Origin: a virus
IMG/VR virus record: IMGVR_UViG_3300037963_003719
Location: 44,335-108,334 of that record
DNA length: 64,000 bases
Strand: one strand, 5' to 3'
In this document: piece by piece, positions 1 to 10,185 of the stretch
Layout: each line of letters begins with the position of its first letter
Numbering within the stretch: the stretch's first letter is position 1
Position numbers and translations under genes: made by a program
The notes under the pieces: generated by a model
The model's database searches: none
Seen by the model: only the letters and a program-made list of their open reading frames with translations
Told to the model about the DNA's origin: nothing

Positions 1-2
1 AG

Positions 3-470
3 AATGGAACAACAGTTGATAATAAACTGAAGGTTTATTCATATCTTATCAATCAGGACTTTATTACCTTTGATGCAGCAAATGGTAATATGGGAATCGG
101 AACCACAAATCCAGACACCAATTATAAACTTGATGTTAATGGAGCACTTGCTGCAACTAGTAAGTCATTTGTAATCGACCACCCAACTAAAGAAGGTTAC
201 AAGTTACGCTATGGTTCACTTGAGGGTCCTGAGCATGGTGTTTATGTTCGTGGTAAGGCAAATGAAGTTATTGAACTTCCTGATTACTGGACTGAATTGG
301 TTCATGAGGACAGCATTACTGTTCAACTTACACCAATCGGTAATCACAACTCTTGGGTAGAAAAAATCGAAGACAATCGCGTATATATAGGTGGTGGGGA
401 CTGCTTCTACTTTGTACAAGCAGAACGCAAAGATGTAGACAAAATTGTAGTAGAATACCCAACTAAGTGA
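3..470 (+). CDS. C-terminal part of tail fibre / virion structural protein (5' partial)
   Basis: Frame is open from base 3. GIGTTNP..YKLDVNG repeat, then the KSFVIDHP..LRYGSLEGPE..VQLTPIG C-terminal domain typical of cyanophage fibres. Confidence 0.75.
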   Translation, partial: NGTTVDNKLKVYSYLINQDFITFDAANGNMGIGTTNPDTNYKLDVNGALAATSKSFVIDHPTKEGYKLRYGSLEGPEHGVYVRGKANEVIELPDYWTELVHEDSITVQLTPIGNHNSWVEKIEDNRVYIGGGDCFYFVQAERKDVDKIVVEYPTK

Positions 471-480
471 GGAACTAACT

Positions 481-708
481 ATGGAAAAACGTTTTAAATT
501 TACTGGACCAGATGGACAAATTGAATATGATATGGTAGAAACTGACGGCATGGAGGAAGAGATTCATGCCGAAAATATTAGAACACACCAGGCACATCCA
601 GATCATGCAGATGTTTGGGTAGAAACTGAAAATGGTGAGTGGGAATTAATTCCACCATTAACTGATCATAATTTTGAACAAGATCCTGGAGAAGAGGTAG
701 AGGAATAA
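481..708 (+). CDS. small acidic hypothetical protein
   Basis: 75-aa ORF, GAGGA RBS upstream, abuts next gene. Confidence 0.6.
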   Translation: MEKRFKFTGPDGQIEYDMVETDGMEEEIHAENIRTHQAHPDHADVWVETENGEWELIPPLTDHNFEQDPGEEVEE

Positions 709-1422
709 ATGCCAATTGCTTGGGGACCAGGAGCAGCATCTGATGGACTAGTTCTATGCTTAGATGCTGCAAATCCTAGAAGTAATAAAGCACCAGGAAC
801 TGGGTGGTACAATGTTGGATCACTTGGTAAGTGGGATTTTGTTTCCAAAAGTCAAGGAAGTCCAACATTAGGAGTAAAGGGTGGTGCTCAGTGTATAGTA
901 TTTCCTAACGCAATTGGAACCAGATATCAATCGTCTCCTCCAGGATTTCAAAGTCCTGCAGCAACTATGACGATGGAAGCATGGATTTATCCAGAAGCAA
1001 ATGCTACTGGATCTACTGCATCTAGGATGAATATCTTTAGGGCAAATAGTGGTGGATCTCGTGCTTATATGTCATATAATGTGGGTAATAATAGATTAAG
1101 TAGTTATTGGTATAATTCTAGTCCTGCTGGTTATCATGAAACGGTTTCTTTCGCCCCAGGCAGAAATGTCTGGCAACATTTTGTTGCTGCTTGGGATGGG
1201 TCAACACTACGTCAGTATGTAAATTATGAAAACCAAGGCAGTGTTAGTACCAATTCAGCGTCCTCAACATTTGGAACTGAAATTCAAATTGGGTATGAAC
1301 CATGCTGTGGACAAAGACAATTTGTTGGTGGCATTGCAATGATTAGATTATATAATAGAGCATTATCAGATGCTGAAGTTTTTAATAATTTTAATTCAAC
1401 TAAGGGGAGGTTTGGATTCTAA
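709..1422 (+). CDS. LamG/concanavalin A-like lectin domain protein
   Basis: DGLVLCLDAANPRS start, TMEAWIYP, WQHFVAAWDG, GGIAMIRLYNRALS motifs. Confidence 0.8.
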   Translation: MPIAWGPGAASDGLVLCLDAANPRSNKAPGTGWYNVGSLGKWDFVSKSQGSPTLGVKGGAQCIVFPNAIGTRYQSSPPGFQSPAATMTMEAWIYPEANATGSTASRMNIFRANSGGSRAYMSYNVGNNRLSSYWYNSSPAGYHETVSFAPGRNVWQHFVAAWDGSTLRQYVNYENQGSVSTNSASSTFGTEIQIGYEPCCGQRQFVGGIAMIRLYNRALSDAEVFNNFNSTKGRFGF

Positions 1423-2195
1423 TGTCATCTCATTCTGGTCCCTATATACAAAATGATGGATGCATCTTACATTTAGATGCAGGAAATCCTGCATCATATC
1501 CAGGTAGTGGTAATTCTTGGATTAATATGTCAAGAGATACTGTTGCAGATCCAACACCAGCATCTGGATTTAATGCCCAGTGTCAATGGAATTCTAACGG
1601 GTATTTTCAAATCAATAGCAATATTGATAACCCTCAAGCAAACGCAATTCAAACAAGTACTAATAACTCTCACATATATCATTCCGTACCGAGTCAGTAC
1701 AGAATGAATAATACTACGCAAAAAAGATCTTACGAAGCATGGTTTAGAGTAACAAGTTTATCAGATACTAGAAATGGTCCAGTGTTTAGAACCATGACTG
1801 GTACTGGATGTTCTTATGGATGTAATGGTGGTATTGAAATTATTAGTGGAAAAATTAAAGGGGTTCATTATAATACTACTGACGGTTATCGTTTAGATGG
1901 AAATGTTAATGTTGTAGAAAATACATGGTATCATTGTGTGATGACATTTAATCCAGATGAAAATCCAAACAAAAGAGTATATATTAATGGAGAGTTGGAT
2001 GCAACTTTTCAGACAGTTGGATGGGCATATGGATCTGGTGCTGTTTACTATGAGATTGGATTTAATCGAAAATCCAATTCACCAAAAACATTCTGCGGTG
2101 ATATTGCTGTTGTAAAGTGGTATATGGATAAAGCATTAACAGCAGATGAAGTATATGAAAACTGGTCAGCACTTAAAGGGAGGTTTGGTTACTAA
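1422..2195 (+). CDS. LamG/concanavalin A-like lectin domain protein (paralog of previous gene)
   Basis: DGCILHLDAGNPASY, SYEAWF, WYHCVMTF, YINGELD, KGRFGY. Confidence 0.8.
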   Translation: MSSHSGPYIQNDGCILHLDAGNPASYPGSGNSWINMSRDTVADPTPASGFNAQCQWNSNGYFQINSNIDNPQANAIQTSTNNSHIYHSVPSQYRMNNTTQKRSYEAWFRVTSLSDTRNGPVFRTMTGTGCSYGCNGGIEIISGKIKGVHYNTTDGYRLDGNVNVVENTWYHCVMTFNPDENPNKRVYINGELDATFQTVGWAYGSGAVYYEIGFNRKSNSPKTFCGDIAVVKWYMDKALTADEVYENWSALKGRFGY

Positions 2196-3133
2196 TGTCA
2201 ACAATAATTGGAAGACAAGACATCGGTTTATTCGATAATGGTTCCTTTGAAAGTGGAACTGTAGCTAATTTTGGTGGTGCTGGAGGATATATCTCAACAG
2301 ATGATCCTAAAAGAGGAAAGTATCATTGGGAATCAAAATCTAGATCTAGTGCTAACTTTAGTCAATATGTAGAAGTTGACGTTGCTAAAAAATATTTGAT
2401 GTCAATCTCATGTAAGACACTTGAGAGAAGCACTAGTAATTTATTGGGAAGACATTATATTGGATTTACTTGTTACGATCAATTCAAACAGTTTATTAGA
2501 TTAGAGCACTGTGGAGGTGTAGGTAATACAACTCTGTCTAGAGATTTAAATCCTGGTGATAGTAAAATGTACATAACCAGTTCTAGTGGTTGGTACACAG
2601 GAGCAGACGTAACAAATTACAGAAATTATTTTAGAAACATTGGATTATATCCACCCACCCATCCTTTGTATAGTGCCCCCCATAGATATACTAGGGTTGG
2701 AACTAGAGGTGGTGCAGTAGGTAATTCCAGAATTGAATATAGAGCAGCAGTTCAAACTAATCAAGGTGATTGGGAATTGACTTTATGCAATTCTGCTGAT
2801 ACCCCAACCACTTGGACTTACAATGAACCTTATCCAACTCCTGCAGGAACTCCTGTACATAGAGGAGTAGCAGGTGGTACATATAACTATGCATTTGGTA
2901 GAAGGCAATATACTGATTCTAATTGGACAACTTACCAATTAACGGTAGAAGGACCAGAAAGAAGAAATAGTAGTAGATATTTTAGATATGATACCAAATA
3001 TGTAAGGTTCATGGTTCTCTGGAATTATGCTTTAGCTTCTGGAGGTGGATCTATGCCATATCCAAGAGGTGCTTTGGATGATATTATTTTACTGGAACAA
3101 AATCCAGAAAGAAATTATAACTTTGTTTACTAA
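2195..3133 (+). CDS. putative virion carbohydrate-binding protein
   Basis: 312-aa beta-rich ORF with NGSFESG start, located in the fibre region. Confidence 0.5.
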   Translation: MSTIIGRQDIGLFDNGSFESGTVANFGGAGGYISTDDPKRGKYHWESKSRSSANFSQYVEVDVAKKYLMSISCKTLERSTSNLLGRHYIGFTCYDQFKQFIRLEHCGGVGNTTLSRDLNPGDSKMYITSSSGWYTGADVTNYRNYFRNIGLYPPTHPLYSAPHRYTRVGTRGGAVGNSRIEYRAAVQTNQGDWELTLCNSADTPTTWTYNEPYPTPAGTPVHRGVAGGTYNYAFGRRQYTDSNWTTYQLTVEGPERRNSSRYFRYDTKYVRFMVLWNYALASGGGSMPYPRGALDDIILLEQNPERNYNFVY

Positions 3134-3163
3134 TAAATACTTTTAGGAAAAAGACGCTTTAAG

Positions 3164-5725
3164 ATGGCAAATTCAGATAAGAATATTTTAATAACTCCTA
3201 ATAGGAATCAGGCATCTGAACCTGAGATTGCTTTTGCTGGATTTGACAATCAACCTATTAATCTGAGGGTTTTAAATAATAATACTATATCATTTCAAAG
3301 CAGTGCTGGTCAATTATTTTCGGTAAGTTCAAACTTAACTGAAGGCACAATTTTTAGTGCTTCTGATGTTTCAGGTATTCCTGGTATTAGTTTAGATGCT
3401 GATGGTATTGTTCAGTTAGCACCTTTTAGTGGTAAAGTTGCTGTTGGATTTCCAACTCCTAAAGCAACATTAGAAGTTGCAGGTAAAGACCAAGCACCTG
3501 GTAGTGCTGCTAATACAGATACCCCAGAACCAACATTTAGAGTTACTAGGTATGATGGTGGTGATGCACGTTATTGCGTTGACTTCGGTACATATCAAGG
3601 TGGTGGATATTCTTGGGTAAGAGCAACTACTAGAAACAATTTACAGGCAGCACATAACCTTGCACTGCAACCAATTGATACTACAACTGCATCAGTATCA
3701 ATTGGTCAAGCAACTGCAGATTCTAATACTAGGTTACACGTAAAAACTTACGGCAATGGTGCTAGTGCAGTTACTGCTAAGTTTGATAGTGGTACTGAGT
3801 TTGATGCTACCTCTTCTATTATGATTAGAAATAGATGTAGTTCTTATGGAAGAACTCGTATCTACATGTATGGAAGAACTCAACAAAGTAACTCTTCTTT
3901 CTCTAATCCAAGAAACGAAATTCTTTGGTATAGAAGTTATTCAGGAACCGCTGGCAGTCCAGGTACGGATACCTTTGCATTTAGAGACGGTGTTGAATTA
4001 ACCAATAATGTTAGATTTATTGGCAACTCTAGTAATAGAGTTAACTTTGCTATTAACCAGAGTAATAAAATTTATATTGGTAACGTTAACAACACTCTTC
4101 CAAATTTCACTAATGGTGGGGAGAATTGGGGTGGTATTGATGGATCATATCAATCAAGATCTCAACTACTTGTTCTTAGAGGACATTTTGCCGATGGTAT
4201 GTGGGCACCAGGAGTCCTGACAAACTTCTGTACATCTAGAAGTTGGAATACAGGTAGTGGCAGTTCAACAGGTCACTATGAAGGTAATTTTGGACGAAAT
4301 GGTGCTGATAGTGAGCAGTCAAGACAATGGTTTGATACTCCAGGTCATGGTAGAGGTATTGTTTGGAGATGCCTGAATAATGACTCTGGATCCAACTCTG
4401 ACGGTGGTTGGAACAAATACATGTATGGCGTTAACCCAGAGAAAGCATACAGATCTATTGTTTGGGTTAGAAGAAATAGTAGTGTTACCAGTGGTACATT
4501 CTATCATGGTTGTGATAATGGTACTACATCATATCTAAGTGGTAACAATGCAAACAACCCTTACTTCAACTGTTGGGGAATTGGTAACCTCGCTCAAGGT
4601 GTGTGGTATCTATCTGTTGGATATATTCACGCATATAGTGACAACTCTACTCAAACCTGGGGTGGTATTTACGATTCTAGAACTGGTAGAAAAACTAGAA
4701 ATTATAGTTCTGCAAACGGTAACTGTAACTCCGAGTACAAGTGGAGAGGTACAGGAACTTATAGACAGAGACAGAGAGTTTATCTTTACTATTCCACAAA
4801 CTCTGGTGCTGATCTGGAATTCTGGGGTCCAAGATTTGAAGAAGTCAATGGTGAAGAACCATCAATTGGAGCACTGCTTGGCATTAATTTGGTAAGACCT
4901 GAATATATGCAAGGTATTCGTATCCAAGGTGTTAATAATGGAACTGCAACTTTCTCAAGACAAAACCTTGAGGGTAATGGAATTGGAAGTACTGACGGAG
5001 TTGTTTATGTAAGAGACGGATCTAATTCTGACTGGGGATATATTTCTGATAAGCAAAGTTCTGGATATGGAATGTATATCCGAGTAGGTTCTAATGCACC
5101 ATATGCTCTTGGTGTTCTTGCTAATAACTTAGGTGATTGGAGATTTAGAGTTCATGGAAATGGACGAATTTACTCTGACCAGTCAACTTCAATTTCAACA
5201 GGTGCTGACTATGCTGAATTGTTTGAGTGGCAGGATGGTAACCCAGATAAAGAAGATAGAGTTGGTCGTACAGTATCTCTTGTTAATGATCAAATTAAAT
5301 TTACAGAAACTGGAGAAACTCCTATTGGTGTAATTTCTGCTAACCCTGCAGTTGTTGGTGATACTAGAGATTTCTATTGGGCAGGTAAGTATCAAACTGA
5401 TCAATGGGGTAGACAGATTATGAATCAAGTACCTGCGTGGAGATGGAAGGGAGATGACGATGATAAAATTCATGAATATCGCAAGGATGAAGTTCCTGAA
5501 GATATTGTCGTACCAGAAGATGCAGAGAGCACTACTTTAGGATACCCTATTCTCAATCCAGATTTTGATACAAGTACAGAATATGTACCTAGAGATGAAA
5601 GATCAGAATGGGGATGTGTTGGACTTGTTGGTAAACTTAGAATTAAAAAAGGTGAAATTGTTGGAGATCGTTGGTTGAAGATGAGAGATATTAATGATGA
5701 TGTTGAGGAGTGGTTGGTAAGATAA
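3164..5725 (+). CDS. tail fibre/spike protein with C-terminal Peptidase_G2-like intramolecular chaperone
   Basis: Gly/Ser/Asn-rich. C-terminal GADYAELFEWQDGN..PIGVISANP..EWGCVGLVGKL autocleavage domain; late promoter motif upstream. Confidence 0.75.
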   Translation: MANSDKNILITPNRNQASEPEIAFAGFDNQPINLRVLNNNTISFQSSAGQLFSVSSNLTEGTIFSASDVSGIPGISLDADGIVQLAPFSGKVAVGFPTPKATLEVAGKDQAPGSAANTDTPEPTFRVTRYDGGDARYCVDFGTYQGGGYSWVRATTRNNLQAAHNLALQPIDTTTASVSIGQATADSNTRLHVKTYGNGASAVTAKFDSGTEFDATSSIMIRNRCSSYGRTRIYMYGRTQQSNSSFSNPRNEILWYRSYSGTAGSPGTDTFAFRDGVELTNNVRFIGNSSNRVNFAINQSNKIYIGNVNNTLPNFTNGGENWGGIDGSYQSRSQLLVLRGHFADGMWAPGVLTNFCTSRSWNTGSGSSTGHYEGNFGRNGADSEQSRQWFDTPGHGRGIVWRCLNNDSGSNSDGGWNKYMYGVNPEKAYRSIVWVRRNSSVTSGTFYHGCDNGTTSYLSGNNANNPYFNCWGIGNLAQGVWYLSVGYIHAYSDNSTQTWGGIYDSRTGRKTRNYSSANGNCNSEYKWRGTGTYRQRQRVYLYYSTNSGADLEFWGPRFEEVNGEEPSIGALLGINLVRPEYMQGIRIQGVNNGTATFSRQNLEGNGIGSTDGVVYVRDGSNSDWGYISDKQSSGYGMYIRVGSNAPYALGVLANNLGDWRFRVHGNGRIYSDQSTSISTGADYAELFEWQDGNPDKEDRVGRTVSLVNDQIKFTETGETPIGVISANPAVVGDTRDFYWAGKYQTDQWGRQIMNQVPAWRWKGDDDDKIHEYRKDEVPEDIVVPEDAESTTLGYPILNPDFDTSTEYVPRDERSEWGCVGLVGKLRIKKGEIVGDRWLKMRDINDDVEEWLVR

Positions 5726-5735
5726 CCGACCCCCC

Positions 5736-5764
5736 TTGACAATATAAATAATTACGTCTATAAT
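5736..5764 (+). promoter_or_regulatory. sigma70-type early promoter with nested T4 late promoter
   Basis: TTGACA-17nt-TATAAT, with TATAAATA at 5743-5750. Confidence 0.75.
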
Positions 5765-5781
5765 TTACATTGAGTTGAACT

Positions 5782-6075
5782 ATGTCCATGTCTATTGAAG
5801 AAATGATTGAAAGCTTCAAAGAACAACAAAAAGAAGTTGTTGAAGAAGTTCGCAATCTTGAAAACAAAATTAACGGTAAGAAGGAAGATTACTTTAAACT
5901 GCAAGGTGCTATCGAAGCATTGACTATTCAGTTGAATCCTTCTGCTGGACAACCACCTGCTGGACCTGAGGATCAAACAGGTCAACCTGCAGCACAACCA
6001 CCTGGCATGGAGATGCCCGATAATATTACGGACATTCCTGGAATTGATGTGATTCCAGCTGCTCCCCAAGGATGA
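5782..6075 (+). CDS. hypothetical coiled-coil protein
   Basis: Heptad N-terminus and Pro-rich tail. Confidence 0.6.
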   Translation: MSMSIEEMIESFKEQQKEVVEEVRNLENKINGKKEDYFKLQGAIEALTIQLNPSAGQPPAGPEDQTGQPAAQPPGMEMPDNITDIPGIDVIPAAPQG

Positions 6076-6641
6076 GTTTAAACTACATTAGAGAATACTC
6101 AATGACCTCCACTGAAATATGTGATGAAATCATTGAGTTATTCAAAAAACATGATAGAGCAGGAAATACTAGACCAGGAGAAATTTCCAGAGGAGTAGAT
6201 AAAAATACTAAAGATAGCACAGATTTAGTTCTTGGTGCTATCTTTGATAAAGATCCATATGCTAATGCACTAGCAAATAGGTATATGGAGGTAGTTAAAA
6301 AATGCACAATGGAATATTGTGATCATTATAGATTACCAATGAAAGGAGTAAATCCTAAAACTACTCCCCAAATACAATACTATAAACCAAAAGGTGGATA
6401 TAAAGAATATCATGCAGACGCTACCTTTATGGGAAATTCTTCTAGGTGTTTAGTTTACATAACATATTTAAATGATGTTCCTAATGGTGGAACTACATTT
6501 AGAGATTGGAAATATACTACCAGATCACAAAAAGGGAACACTGTAATATTTCCAGCGTTTTTCACTCACGTCCACAAAGGTCAAATATCTAAAAAACACG
6601 AAAAGTATATCATCACTGGATGGTTACATTATACGGATTAG
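6072..6641 (+). CDS. 2OG-Fe(II) oxygenase
   Basis: HxD (HAD), YLND, GGTTF, FPAFFTHVHKG, KYIITGW. Confidence 0.85.
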   Translation: MSLNYIREYSMTSTEICDEIIELFKKHDRAGNTRPGEISRGVDKNTKDSTDLVLGAIFDKDPYANALANRYMEVVKKCTMEYCDHYRLPMKGVNPKTTPQIQYYKPKGGYKEYHADATFMGNSSRCLVYITYLNDVPNGGTTFRDWKYTTRSQKGNTVIFPAFFTHVHKGQISKKHEKYIITGWLHYTD

Positions 6642-6683
6642 TCCTCTGCTAAATAAAGTAGAGGACTATTTTTATGCGTATAC

Positions 6684-7487
6684 ATGGCGCAACCTACAAG
6701 TAAAGCAGAATTGAAAGAATATTGCCTGAGGCGATTAGGTAGACCTATTCTGGAAATTAACGTTGATGATGATCAAATTGATGATTTAATTGATGATGCC
6801 ATTCAGATGTTCAATGAGCGTCACTATAATGGCACTGAGAAAATGTTCCTAAAACATCAGTTTACTGCTGATGATAAAACACGTTTTACAGGAAGTGATG
6901 AAACCCTTTCTGTTGGATCTACAGATTGGTTAGCAAGAAATAATTACATTCCTATTCCTCCTCATATTACTGGAATCAATAAAGTATTTGGTATTAAGGG
7001 TAGTAATATTAGAAGTAATCTATTTGGACTAGAGTATCAACTGTTTCTTAATGATCTATATCAATTTGGATCTGTTGATATTTTAAGTTACTATATGGTT
7101 AAGTCATATCTAGAAACACTAGATATGGTGTTAAACAACGGAAGTTTTATTCCTTTTAGATTTAATCAACGTCAGGATCGTCTATACATTGATACTGATA
7201 CTGATTTTGTAGAAGAGGGTGCATTTGTTATTATCGACTGTTGGAGAGTTTTAGATCCCACGGACTACACTCAAGTATATAATGATCCATTTTTAAAGAG
7301 ATATACAACTGCTTTAATTAAAAGGCAATGGGGACAGAACTTAATTAAGTTCCAAGGTGCTCAACTTCCAGGTGGTATCACTTTAAATGGAAGACAAATT
7401 TATGATGATGCAGTTGCTGAGATCCAAGCGATTGAGGCAGAGATGGCATCTACATATGAAATCCCACCACTGGACATGATCGGATAA
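6684..7487 (+). CDS. g13: neck protein gp13
   Basis: ELKEYCLRRLG..EINVDDDQIDD..QWGQNLIKFQG..LPGG; synteny. Confidence 0.92.
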   Translation: MAQPTSKAELKEYCLRRLGRPILEINVDDDQIDDLIDDAIQMFNERHYNGTEKMFLKHQFTADDKTRFTGSDETLSVGSTDWLARNNYIPIPPHITGINKVFGIKGSNIRSNLFGLEYQLFLNDLYQFGSVDILSYYMVKSYLETLDMVLNNGSFIPFRFNQRQDRLYIDTDTDFVEEGAFVIIDCWRVLDPTDYTQVYNDPFLKRYTTALIKRQWGQNLIKFQGAQLPGGITLNGRQIYDDAVAEIQAIEAEMASTYEIPPLDMIG

Positions 7488-7488
7488 G

Positions 7489-8373
7489 ATGGCAAAAAAC
7501 ACTTACTTCACTCATGGTACTAGAGAGGAGCAGATGCTCCAGCAATCCCTGGTGGATGAGTTTATTAATATGTTTGGAATTACCACTTCGTATATTCCAA
7601 GAAGATTAATTTTAAAAGATGATATTTTAAATGAAGAGGTTATCTCTGAATTTACTGATTCATTTACTATGGAAGCATATCTTGAAAACTTTGAAGGATT
7701 CCAAGGTGCTGGAGATATTCTTACTAAGTTTGGAATTAGATCAACTGATGAAATTACTCTTGTAATTTCTAGGCAAGCATATGATGATTTTATTTCATTA
7801 CCAATGCAATTAGTTGATAATGTTCAACTACCACAAAGACCTGCCGAGGGAGATTTAATTTATTTTCCCCTATCAGATAACTTATTTGAAATTAAATTTG
7901 TAGAACATGAGGCACCATTCTATCAGTTCGGTAAACTTTTTACTTACAAACTGAAGTGTGAGTTGTTTGAATATACTAATGAAACTACAGGTGAAGGTAT
8001 CTTTGATACTCAACGTGATGAAGGATTTATTGTCAAGTACTACTATGAGCAGGCAACTCTTTCTGGTCAACCAGAAGTTGGTGAGAAAGTAACAGGGTCT
8101 GCTACTGGTCTAACTGCATTTATTAATCTTTGGAATCCTCAAGAAAAATATGTTGAACTTAGAGCACCAACAGGTAGCACTGACCATGGAGAGTTTCAGG
8201 TTGGAGAAACCCTTACAGGATCTAATAGTGGATTCTCTATAAATATTTCTAACTTCGATGAACTTGACATGAAGGATAATTATGCTGACAATATTGATTT
8301 TGAAACCGTTGGAGACGGTATTCTTGACTTTACAGAAATCAACCCATTTGGAGAATTTGGAAATAGGAGTTAA
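7489..8373 (+). CDS. g14: neck protein gp14
   Basis: RPAEGDLIYFP..FEIKFVEHE.PFYQ; synteny. Confidence 0.92.
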   Translation: MAKNTYFTHGTREEQMLQQSLVDEFINMFGITTSYIPRRLILKDDILNEEVISEFTDSFTMEAYLENFEGFQGAGDILTKFGIRSTDEITLVISRQAYDDFISLPMQLVDNVQLPQRPAEGDLIYFPLSDNLFEIKFVEHEAPFYQFGKLFTYKLKCELFEYTNETTGEGIFDTQRDEGFIVKYYYEQATLSGQPEVGEKVTGSATGLTAFINLWNPQEKYVELRAPTGSTDHGEFQVGETLTGSNSGFSINISNFDELDMKDNYADNIDFETVGDGILDFTEINPFGEFGNRS

Positions 8374-8375
8374 TT

Positions 8376-9182
8376 ATGCTAGGAACATATAATTATAATC
8401 AGATTCTTAGAAAGTGTGTTGTTGGATTTGGCACACTTTTTAATAACCTGGAAATTCGTAAATTTAATGAGGACGGATCAGTTTACCAAAGAATGAAAGT
8501 TCCTTTGGCATATGGTCCTAGTCAAAAGTTTTTAGCTCGTATTGAGCAACAACCAGAACTTGGTCGCCCTAATGCGATCACTCTACCACGACTGTCTTTT
8601 GAGATGACAGGCATGGAGTATGATCCATCTAGGAAACAAAGTCCAACACAGTATTGTCTCACTAATGAGAACGCTGAAGGATTAAGAAAAACATTTATTC
8701 CTGTTCCATATAATCTTGAATTTGAATTGAATGTTCTTAGTAAAACACAAGATGATTGTTTACAAATTGTAGAACAAATTTTACCTTTCTTCCAACCATC
8801 ATTTAATTTATCAATTAAACTTGTTGAAGAAGCAAACATCATTAGAGACATTCCTATTATATTAAATTCTATGTCATTCAACGATGACTATGAAGGGAAC
8901 TTTGAAACAAGAAGAGCACTTGTATATACTATGAGGTTTACTGTAAAGACATACATTTACGGTCCCACTACAGATACAGGTCTTATCAAAAAAGCAATTA
9001 CCAAAGAGTACGGTAAGGTTGACCTTACTGCACCTGGAAGATATCGTAAGTATGAAGTTACTGCGAAAGCAAAAGTTGATAAGAACAACGACAACGTTGT
9101 TGATGCCATCGATGATTCATTACTTGTTTCTGGAGATGATTTTGGATTCAACGAAACTAGTTCTTACTTTGAAGACCTATGA
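8376..9182 (+). CDS. g15: tail sheath stabilizer/terminator gp15
   Basis: FGTLFNN..KVPLAYGP..LPRLSFE..QIVEQILPFFQP. Confidence 0.92.
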   Translation: MLGTYNYNQILRKCVVGFGTLFNNLEIRKFNEDGSVYQRMKVPLAYGPSQKFLARIEQQPELGRPNAITLPRLSFEMTGMEYDPSRKQSPTQYCLTNENAEGLRKTFIPVPYNLEFELNVLSKTQDDCLQIVEQILPFFQPSFNLSIKLVEEANIIRDIPIILNSMSFNDDYEGNFETRRALVYTMRFTVKTYIYGPTTDTGLIKKAITKEYGKVDLTAPGRYRKYEVTAKAKVDKNNDNVVDAIDDSLLVSGDDFGFNETSSYFEDL

Positions 9183-9607
9183 GTGAAAATTACGAAGGAA
9201 TCGAAGACGCATTAAATGTAGAAGCAGAAATTGTTCCTGCAACACCAGCGCCAAAACCAAAGAAAAGAACAGAACGTATTATTGACATCGATAAAGACGT
9301 TCAAAAAGATTATGACTATACTAGGGGTCAACTCTATGATGTCATTGAGAAGGGTCAGGAGGCGCTCTCAGGTGCCTTAGACGTGGCAAACAATACAGAC
9401 CACCCTAGAGCATATGAAGTCGCTGGTCAATTAGTTAAGAGTGTTTCTGACGCTGCTGAAAAACTTATCGATCTTCAAAAGAAAATGCAGGATCTTGAAG
9501 AAGGTCCAAAGTCAAAACAAAAAGTCACCAACAATAATGCTTTGTTTGTTGGGTCAACTGCAGAGTTGTCCAAACTTATTAAGCAAGGTCTTTTAGATAA
9601 TAAATAA
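9179..9607 (+). CDS. g16: terminase small subunit gp16
   Basis: DYDYTRGQL..HPRAYEVAGQL..NNALFVGSTAEL. Confidence 0.92.
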   Translation: MSENYEGIEDALNVEAEIVPATPAPKPKKRTERIIDIDKDVQKDYDYTRGQLYDVIEKGQEALSGALDVANNTDHPRAYEVAGQLVKSVSDAAEKLIDLQKKMQDLEEGPKSKQKVTNNNALFVGSTAELSKLIKQGLLDNK

Positions 9608-9625
9608 ACATAAAGCTTTATCCCG

Positions 9626-9904
9626 ATGGTATACACAATTAAGTCCAGTGCTGTGGCACTGTCAGACACACCAAGTACAGTAAGTAGTGCTAACAGGGTT
9701 TTACTTCAAAACACTGGAACTTCTGCTGCAGTAGTTACTATTAAAAGTGATGATACTTTTCAATCTGGTAGTGCAGCAGTTCAAGGAACTGTGTATGTCC
9801 AGGCGGGTTCTGATCTTGTAATTAAAAAAGATAGATTGTTCACTCTTGAAGTTGCAAATGGTGTTACTACTTTATATGCAACTTCGGTAGGAGTAGAAGG
9901 ATGA
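9626..9904 (+). CDS. hypothetical small beta-rich (probable virion) protein
   Basis: 92-aa ORF after a TAAATA late motif. Confidence 0.55.
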   Translation: MVYTIKSSAVALSDTPSTVSSANRVLLQNTGTSAAVVTIKSDDTFQSGSAAVQGTVYVQAGSDLVIKKDRLFTLEVANGVTTLYATSVGVEG

Positions 9905-10182
9905 AAACTTTTAAAGAATTTTGTACACAACTTGACGAGGCAGCATGGACGAAAAAATCAGGACAGAACAAAGAAGGTGGACTCAACGAGAAGGGCAGGA
10001 AGTCCTACGAGAGGGAGAACCCTGGCAGCGACTTGAAAGCACCGACCAAGAAGAAGGGCAATCCCAGAAGAAAATCCTTCTGTGCTCGGATGCGTGGAAT
10101 GAAGAAAAAACTTACAAGTAAAAAAACTGCAAGAGATCCAGATAGCAGGATCAATAAATCATTACGGAAGTGGGACTGTTAA
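9901..10182 (+). CDS. basic putative internal head protein with capsid-targeting-like N-terminus
   Basis: MKTFKEF..LDE resembles the T4 CTS MKTYQEFIAE; RRKSFCARM..SLRKWDC. Confidence 0.6.
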   Translation: MKTFKEFCTQLDEAAWTKKSGQNKEGGLNEKGRKSYERENPGSDLKAPTKKKGNPRRKSFCARMRGMKKKLTSKKTARDPDSRINKSLRKWDC

Positions 10183-10185
10183 TTT

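Noticed and set aside
1-5725. Diversity-generating retroelement acting on fibre genes
   Set aside because: No reverse transcriptase and no near-identical template/variable repeat pair seen
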